A stretch of DNA of 53,485 bases. Origin: a virus. Its lineage: Duplodnaviria > Caudoviricetes. A program made the position numbers and the translations under genes. Positions 47,524 to 53,485 of this stretch are shown here, one piece after another; the first letter of the stretch is position 1, and the number at the start of each line of letters is the position of its first letter. The DNA lies in the IMG/VR virus record IMGVR_UViG_3300023314_000002, positions 1-53,485 of that record; one strand, written 5' to 3'. Under the pieces are notes generated by a model. That model was not told the origin of the DNA and did not search any database. It was given only the letters and a program-made list of their open reading frames with translations.

Positions 47524-48466
47524 TCAGTTGTTTGTAAGTCAATCTACAATTCATCGTGTTATGTAGCGAAAAATCAAACATTTCACTTGTACTTATTTTT
47601 CTTGCGTTGTATCTGTATGCAAATTCGTGGCAGTATGTTTGTAAATGTTTCGGACTAACTTGATGATATATTCCAAAGATACCTCTTTTTAGTAAACTCC
47701 AAAAGCCTTCGATAGAATTAGTATGAAAATCACCATTAACATATTCGTGTCTTTTGTGATTTACAACTACATGAGCGTAATTTTTAGCTAATCCTTTGTA
47801 TGCTAACCATTCATCTGTAACAACGATAGAACCACTTGTTACCATGCTGTGTATGATTGGTTTAAGTGTAGTTGCTTTAGTGTCTGCAACTACATAAGTA
47901 TGTACACTTCCATCTTGTACCATGCCAAAAACAGGTGTTTTATCTTTAACGCTTCTGCCTTGACTTTCTTCAACTTTTTTATTTGCGTGACGGTTTTTAT
48001 TCTTTCCACCTACAAATGATTCATCACATTGGATAACTCCATCTAATTTAACGCTAATATCTTTAGTTTTAAAAGAGTTTCTAATTCTGCCTAACATAAA
48101 CCAAGCCGTTTTCTGTGTAACGCCTAAATCTCTTGAAAGTTGGTGTGAACTGATACCTTTTTTATGAGTAGAGAATATGTAAATAGCTATAAACCATTTA
48201 CGTAATGAAATATGAGAACCCTCAAACATAGTTCCAACAGTAACTGTAAATCTTTGTTTGCAAAGTTTTGTACTGCATTTATACATACCTCTAAATTCAC
48301 CATTTTGTTTTAATTGATAAGGATTGATACCACCACATTGTGGACAAACAGGTGAACCATTCCATCTAACGTTTTCTAAATATTCTCTACATGCCGTATC
48401 ATTTGGTAATACTTCAAGCATTTGAGCGAATGATTTAAACTGATTGATTTGTGCGTAATTGTTCAT
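47513..48466 (-). CDS. IS1595-family (ISXO2-like) DDE transposase
   Basis: CPQCG..YKC zinc ribbon, GISSHQL..LGVTQKTAW, DESFVGG, TDEW, HTNSIEGFWSLLKR and EFAYRYN motifs; ATG 48466 preferred. Confidence 0.96.
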   Translation of the reverse strand: MNNYAQINQFKSFAQMLEVLPNDTACREYLENVRWNGSPVCPQCGGINPYQLKQNGEFRGMYKCSTKLCKQRFTVTVGTMFEGSHISLRKWFIAIYIFSTHKKGISSHQLSRDLGVTQKTAWFMLGRIRNSFKTKDISVKLDGVIQCDESFVGGKNKNRHANKKVEESQGRSVKDKTPVFGMVQDGSVHTYVVADTKATTLKPIIHSMVTSGSIVVTDEWLAYKGLAKNYAHVVVNHKRHEYVNGDFHTNSIEGFWSLLKRGIFGIYHQVSPKHLQTYCHEFAYRYNARKISTSEMFDFSLHNTMNCRLTYKQLIAN

Positions 48467-48528
48467 GTGTTTGTAATTGATACACAAATATAAGTATAAT
48501 TATTGGTACATGCAAGTATATCGTTACC

Positions 48529-50295
48529 TTAATTTATTACTGAATTGGCATAACCTGAACCATCAAAAAATATAGAATAGATATTTCCATCAGTGCCAAA
48601 TACAACATTTTTGGTTGCTGGTGTGTAAAATTCTGAATGTGAACCTGCTGTTATTCCTGTTGTCCATCCGTAACCATCTATAGAACCGCCAAACGATACG
48701 TTACGAACGCCATTAATATCATTTAATGGTAAGATATGCTTTGTTCCACCAAAAGCGATATTACTATTGTTATTGCCTATAGTAATTGCGCTTCCTGATT
48801 TAATTTCAATCTTGAAATTATTATTACCTGCCGTAATAGAGTCAACAATACCATATACTACTGCATCGGTAAAGTAATCACCTATTGTGCTATTCATCCA
48901 ATTGCCATATTGTATATTTCGAATAAAATTTCTACCTGTTGTAACGTTTGTCATTTTGTCCCAAATAGAATTATCATTGCAACTGTCACCAAATGTACAA
49001 TTAGTAATAGCGTTAAAGAAGTCATTTTCATGCGCATCACCTAAGAAAGTAATACCATTAGAAAAGCCACCGATATAATTATAACTAAATCCACCTACTG
49101 AGCCTAAGAAAACGGTTATATCTTGTATGTCAGAACCTGTTTTAAGTGCAGAACAAATATTTAAGAATGTGAAATTTCTATTTCCACTATTAAAATGATT
49201 GTCAAGTGCGATATTCTGAAAAACTATATTTGGTAAAATAAAAGCATCGCCCAAAAACGGCGCAACAGCTGCAAAGTTACCTAAGTCATTATATAATGCA
49301 GCCGGACCGCTAAACGTTAAAAATTCTTGACTATCTTCTCCGTTATCACGCCATGAACTAAATAGCCCTGAGCCTGTTGAGCTTTCATATCTTTTAAAAA
49401 GAATATTCCTAAAATCATAATCAGCACGATTGAAATTTTCGTCAATACGTTCTGAAATGCGACCCTTTGCGGGTGCGTTCATTACCTCTGTTTGAGTGAA
49501 ACTAAAATCAAATTTAATTTTATCATTTGGAAATTCAATTGAAAAAACTTCTGAAGCTAATGTATTAGTGCCTGTTGCCGTAAAAACTAAGTTTTCTAAA
49601 CTGCCTGTTTTTGTAACAACCGTTCCTTTTGGCGTTCCATCGGCATTAAAATCTGGTTGATCGTAAATGCTTGTAAATCTCATAATATACTTAACACCCG
49701 TTACTAATAAATTTGTACTTATCAAATCAGTTAATTCTTCAAAAGTAACATCATCAGAAACTTTAACAACAGGATTCTCTGCATCAGTATTATCTACAAC
49801 ATCACCTGTAACAGTTTGCACTCCAACACCTATCTTAGTTCTAAATAAGTTCCCTTTATCATCAATAGAAACGAACGTATCTTGACTACCATTATAAACT
49901 AATCCTGAAATATTATTCTGATACGTCAAATCGCCTTTTAAAAAGAACGTTCTAAAAGCTGCTCCACCTGTTGCTGGATTACCTAACAATGATTCTACTG
50001 TATCGGTGTTGTTCCTGCTCAAAAAACCATTATCATAAGTAGTGCCGTCCTCTCCAATAAAGAGCCTGTGACCTTGCACATCAAACGTGTGATTAGTTTT
50101 AAAATAAGAACCACCATTGTCAAAAACCATGAACGGTAATAGAAATTTACCTTTTGCATTTAAAGTATCAGGAACTTGAAACCCTTTACTTACTTGTTGA
50201 TTCCTGTTCGCTGCACCTATCGTTGCAGGGTTGTAAATGTCCTGCCCGAAACTTAAAGAGCAAATAAAAAATAATAAGATTGTCAGTTTTTTCAT
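48529..50295 (-). CDS. Tail-fibre/spike-like beta-helical protein with apparent signal peptide
   Basis: MKKLTILLFFICSLSFG-Q N-terminus; VQTVTGDVVDNTD..NPV linker; Asn/Gly/Phe-rich repeats in the C-terminal half. Confidence 0.6.
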   Translation of the reverse strand: MKKLTILLFFICSLSFGQDIYNPATIGAANRNQQVSKGFQVPDTLNAKGKFLLPFMVFDNGGSYFKTNHTFDVQGHRLFIGEDGTTYDNGFLSRNNTDTVESLLGNPATGGAAFRTFFLKGDLTYQNNISGLVYNGSQDTFVSIDDKGNLFRTKIGVGVQTVTGDVVDNTDAENPVVKVSDDVTFEELTDLISTNLLVTGVKYIMRFTSIYDQPDFNADGTPKGTVVTKTGSLENLVFTATGTNTLASEVFSIEFPNDKIKFDFSFTQTEVMNAPAKGRISERIDENFNRADYDFRNILFKRYESSTGSGLFSSWRDNGEDSQEFLTFSGPAALYNDLGNFAAVAPFLGDAFILPNIVFQNIALDNHFNSGNRNFTFLNICSALKTGSDIQDITVFLGSVGGFSYNYIGGFSNGITFLGDAHENDFFNAITNCTFGDSCNDNSIWDKMTNVTTGRNFIRNIQYGNWMNSTIGDYFTDAVVYGIVDSITAGNNNFKIEIKSGSAITIGNNNSNIAFGGTKHILPLNDINGVRNVSFGGSIDGYGWTTGITAGSHSEFYTPATKNVVFGTDGNIYSIFFDGSGYANSVIN

Positions 50296-50627
50296 TTTAG
50301 GATTTTTAGTTTATAATTATCAGGTGTAATCGTTATCACACCATAGTTAATGTCAAATGTATATCCATCGTCAACTTTCAGCATTACGCCTGATCCTGTG
50401 TTAGAAAATAGCTCAAAATCTACATCAGCAATCAAGCCAATCAAAGAATTATTTTGATAATTTTCACCTGTAAAGTTAGCAGATGTGAGTATTATATTTT
50501 GCGTAAAACAAGAGTCAATAATTTCAAACAATTTTTCCTGTAGCTTATTTCCGGTAATGTCTTCAATACCATTTGCTTTAATGACTGCAGCAATGCTTAT
50601 TTTAAGTTCTTGTTTTGAAGTAGCCAT
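50292..50627 (-). CDS. Hypothetical structural protein, paralog of 9152..9526
   Basis: IKANG..DITG..LQ N-terminus and shared C-terminal domain. Confidence 0.62.
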   Translation of the reverse strand: MATSKQELKISIAAVIKANGIEDITGNKLQEKLFEIIDSCFTQNIILTSANFTGENYQNNSLIGLIADVDFELFSNTGSGVMLKVDDGYTFDINYGVITITPDNYKLKILK

Positions 50628-50628
50628 A

Positions 50629-51276
50629 TTACACAGTTAGAAAGTCTTTATTAAAATCATTATTAAAATCAGCCATTTTTTTTCCCCAATAAACATAGCC
50701 TTGTTCCGTTTCATCTAACTTAACTGTCGTGTACCATTGTGCTATCTGTGGCGGTGTAATCAAAGGTGTTCCCTCGTGGAAAACAACTGTAAATGCTAAC
50801 CTACCCATCGTTTGATTCGTTGCGTCTAACCTGTCAGGATTAGCTATATTAATAGAATCAACAGATGTTCGTGAAATAAATGGTGGTGTGAAATTCAACG
50901 TAACAAATGCCTGGTCTTCCAGTATCGCACGACACATTCCAACTATTCTATGCAATTTAAACATAGCCTTTTGGTCACCATTTTCACCTGAATTTGTTTT
51001 AGAGCTTGTAAAGCAATCTATGTTAAAAACAGCCGTACTTCTTACATCTGTTCCTGCATTCTTTAAATCAAATGTGTCTGAAGCTAAAGAAACATTAATA
51101 ACAGGATTTTCTATCTTATCAAACGGATTTGTGCGCTCTAACCACACATCACAATCTATCTCTGAATTAGAAGATAAAACAAATTGATTAGCAACCTCCG
51201 TAGCCAATATAACAGCTATTCTATCTCGAATTAATTCGAAATTTTGTTGAGGTATTACTGTATTAATTTGTGCCAT
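50629..51276 (-). CDS. Tail terminator / completion protein
   Basis: Position after the head-closure gene; ELIRDRIA and P.INVS motifs; DFNNDFNKDF tail. Confidence 0.6.
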   Translation of the reverse strand: MAQINTVIPQQNFELIRDRIAVILATEVANQFVLSSNSEIDCDVWLERTNPFDKIENPVINVSLASDTFDLKNAGTDVRSTAVFNIDCFTSSKTNSGENGDQKAMFKLHRIVGMCRAILEDQAFVTLNFTPPFISRTSVDSINIANPDRLDATNQTMGRLAFTVVFHEGTPLITPPQIAQWYTTVKLDETEQGYVYWGKKMADFNNDFNKDFLTV

Positions 51277-51643
51277 AATCTTCTAAAATACAGACTATCA
51301 AACCTATTGTTTCGTCTGGAAAAACTTGTTTTATAATATAATTCTTAACTACGCCTGTTGAGTCTTTAACATCACAACGCCACTTCAAAATATCAACTTC
51401 ACCATTTGCATTTCTTATCGAAAAATCAAGAGCCAAAGTATTATCCTCGCTAAAAGAAACATGCGCCTTTTTTGCATTGACCATATTTCCATCGGTATCA
51501 ACACCTAAATGAATTTTTGTATGCAACCCTTGAATATCAACAAAGCTTCCACTTCTATTCGTCAACCTAATATCAACCGCCCACTCACTTAAATTTGAAG
51601 TGATTCTTTTTATATCCGATTGTGAACGTGCTATTAAACTCAT
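51263..51643 (-). CDS. Head closure / head-tail joining protein
   Basis: Beta-rich 126 aa, two genes after the capsid; PDETIGLIVCILE end. Confidence 0.6.
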   Translation of the reverse strand: MSLIARSQSDIKRITSNLSEWAVDIRLTNRSGSFVDIQGLHTKIHLGVDTDGNMVNAKKAHVSFSEDNTLALDFSIRNANGEVDILKWRCDVKDSTGVVKNYIIKQVFPDETIGLIVCILEDYGTN

Positions 51644-51712
51644 ATTAAAAATGCGAACCTTTTACAATCCGCATCCCATTTTTAACTATTAAAAAAACAA
51701 AATTATGAAAAT

Positions 51713-51895
51713 CTATTTTTTCTTAGGTATTTTTCTATCTTCTTTTTCGACTTCATCAAATGGCTTCAAAAAGCCTTGACGAACCAATGCATCAATATTC
51801 TCTTTTGGAAAATTTCCGTCGGTTACAATGTCGCCAGAATTATAGATTTTATTTCCTAATCCACCTACACTCAACGCTATTACAATGAACTTCAT
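51713..51895 (-). CDS. Small post-capsid protein
   Basis: Y.SGD.V...L..QGFL pattern; ATG overlaps the capsid stop. Confidence 0.6.
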   Translation of the reverse strand: MKFIVIALSVGGLGNKIYNSGDIVTDGNFPKENIDALVRQGFLKPFDEVEKEDRKIPKKK

Positions 51896-52944
51896 TATGA
51901 GATTACTTTTGCTGTCCAAATTTTATCAATTGATACCGGAATTGCAACACCTGCTGATTGAACTTCATAGATGTGGTTTTTCTTTCTTTGGTCAATATAA
52001 TCTTCATAAACAAATTTACCTTTCTTGATTCCTTGACCTGCTGTTGGCAATTGTGGTACTGCTGCAAATCCTAAAATAAAGTTTGGATTTTCAGGCAATA
52101 TAATTACTTTCTTCGGATCTAAATATGGAGTTTTCACACCTGTATCCGGCATATCGTAATATTGATTATAAGACCAAAGACGTGCACGGAAAGTTCCTGC
52201 AGAAATCTCACCATGAAAAGTAGCACCTGCTGATTTTGCTTGCGGTGTATTGATTTGGTCTAAGGCATAACTAAACAATTTAGCACGATTTTGAACGGCT
52301 TCATTATTTAAGAATGGCTGTATCACATCATTACCCATAATGATGTCCAACATTGAACCTGTAGACAATCCAGATGTTCTTAAAAAGTTACCTGCAACTG
52401 TGATTGATGTTACCGGATCAACGTTTGCTTGATTCCAATAATTACCACTGCCTAAGTCAACTAAAGAATCAGATTTTCTTAAAAAATCTATGTTGATTCC
52501 TGACTGTAAAGTAACGATACCTGTTGTTAAAACTTGTGCGCATTGAAGCTCATAACGTCTGTCGATTTTATCGCGCAACATCATTACTTTTTCTGCAACA
52601 CCTTCTAAAAAGTCATTGAAAACAGATGCTTCAATATCCATATCTGTAAATAATCGGTCGTAAACTTCCAACTCATTTACATTGAAATACTCGCTATAAT
52701 ATGGCGGCACTAAAATTCTTTCAGTACTTTTATCGAACTTGTTACGGTTTCCATCTGTGCCACGCTCAACATCTACAGCAATCATCTCTGTACCACGTTG
52801 AACCGCGATAGATAATGAGAACGTAGTTTTTTCTACCGTCTTAAAGAAAGACTGCAAAAACAATGTTGGTGCAACTCTATCTTTATAAATTGCAATTAAT
52901 GCGTTCGTGTATAAGCCACGCGCTGTTGTTGTTGATATTCTCAT
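51895..52944 (-). CDS. Major capsid protein, lambda gpE family
   Basis: 349 aa; FLQSFF, PPY, IDRRYELQCAQVLTTG, IDF and VQSA..P motifs. Confidence 0.93.
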   Translation of the reverse strand: MRISTTTARGLYTNALIAIYKDRVAPTLFLQSFFKTVEKTTFSLSIAVQRGTEMIAVDVERGTDGNRNKFDKSTERILVPPYYSEYFNVNELEVYDRLFTDMDIEASVFNDFLEGVAEKVMMLRDKIDRRYELQCAQVLTTGIVTLQSGINIDFLRKSDSLVDLGSGNYWNQANVDPVTSITVAGNFLRTSGLSTGSMLDIIMGNDVIQPFLNNEAVQNRAKLFSYALDQINTPQAKSAGATFHGEISAGTFRARLWSYNQYYDMPDTGVKTPYLDPKKVIILPENPNFILGFAAVPQLPTAGQGIKKGKFVYEDYIDQRKKNHIYEVQSAGVAIPVSIDKIWTAKVIS

Positions 52945-53390
52945 TACTGTGGATTGTCGAATTTAGTTAAATCTACTGCTGTTACTAATTTGATGCCGAT
53001 TGTGTCAGCTCCAATTTTATCTTTTATTTGACGACCATCAACTACCGTTGTCAGGCTATCCGATCCTTGAAATAAAAGCATTTCTGCTGCTACATCACCG
53101 GAAACACAATAGTAAACTTCTTTTGTTTCGCCTGCCTGTAAAACATGGTCTTCATTCAAAACGCCGATGATATATTGACTGCCATTTGAAGCTCCACTTG
53201 TAAACGGAACTATTGCACCTGAAGATGAAACGCGACCCATTACTGTGCCTGCTAAAATAGTAGCTTCTGTATATCCGGAATTAGTATAAAGTCCTTTGTC
53301 AAACCTGTTGTCCCAAATAAATATTTTACTTGTATCAGTATTGACATTTAACTGTTGACCGTTGTTTAGTCCTATTGTTTGTGTACTCAT
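52944..53390 (-). CDS. Head decoration protein, lambda gpD-like
   Basis: GTVMGR, GSQ..IGVL and SGDV motifs; between protease and capsid. Confidence 0.85.
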   Translation of the reverse strand: MSTQTIGLNNGQQLNVNTDTSKIFIWDNRFDKGLYTNSGYTEATILAGTVMGRVSSSGAIVPFTSGASNGSQYIIGVLNEDHVLQAGETKEVYYCVSGDVAAEMLLFQGSDSLTTVVDGRQIKDKIGADTIGIKLVTAVDLTKFDNPQ

Positions 53391-53485
53391 GATAATGAAT
53401 GTTTTTTAACTTCTGCCATAAAATCTTCTACAGTCTTAGCCTCCGCAGCTTTCTCTGTGTTAGGAACTTCTTTTGTATCAACTAC
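53359..53485. repeat. Terminal direct repeat, copy 2
   Basis: Identical to 1..127. Confidence 0.97.

Larger units (their letters stand above)
45006..48528 (-). mobile_element. IS1595-family transposon with passenger restriction-modification gene (3,523 bp)
   Basis: 24-bp terminal inverted repeats 45006..45029 and 48505..48528 (21/24 match) enclosing the transposase and RM gene; no clean target-site duplication. Confidence 0.9.

Noticed and set aside
44997-48536. 8-bp target-site duplication around the IS1595 element
   Set aside because: Flanks TAAAAAAG (or TTAAAAAA) and TTAATTTA do not match beyond AT-richness
1-53485. Alternative genetic code (stop-codon recoding)
   Set aside because: The standard code gives full-length, densely packed genes

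Overview
The window is a complete, circularly closed tailed-phage genome of about 53,358 bp; bases 53359-53485 repeat bases 1-127. It is AT-rich, and its TAnnTTTG promoter motifs, DUF3127-type SSB and VirE_N/BT4734-type primase-helicase point to a Bacteroidota (probably Flavobacteriia-like) host. It is a myovirus with a lambda-like head (terminase, gpW, portal, ClpP-type protease, decoration, capsid) and a Mu/P2-like contractile tail, in a permuted gene order. Almost all genes lie on the minus strand. No integrase, CI repressor or partition gene is recognisable. Main points of interest: (1) an 8-gene glycosyltransferase/fucosyltransferase/methyltransferase operon on the plus strand, sharing an 85-bp duplicated bidirectional promoter with the structural operons; (2) a TET/JBP-like dioxygenase plus FkbM methyltransferase cassette; (3) an IS1595 transposon carrying a single-chain restriction-modification gene; (4) four non-coding leaders with a shared complementary-loop/terminator layout reminiscent of P4 CI and P1 c4 RNAs; (5) a non-canonical tRNA-like RNA. 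All product calls come from motif recognition and synteny by eye; no database search was run.
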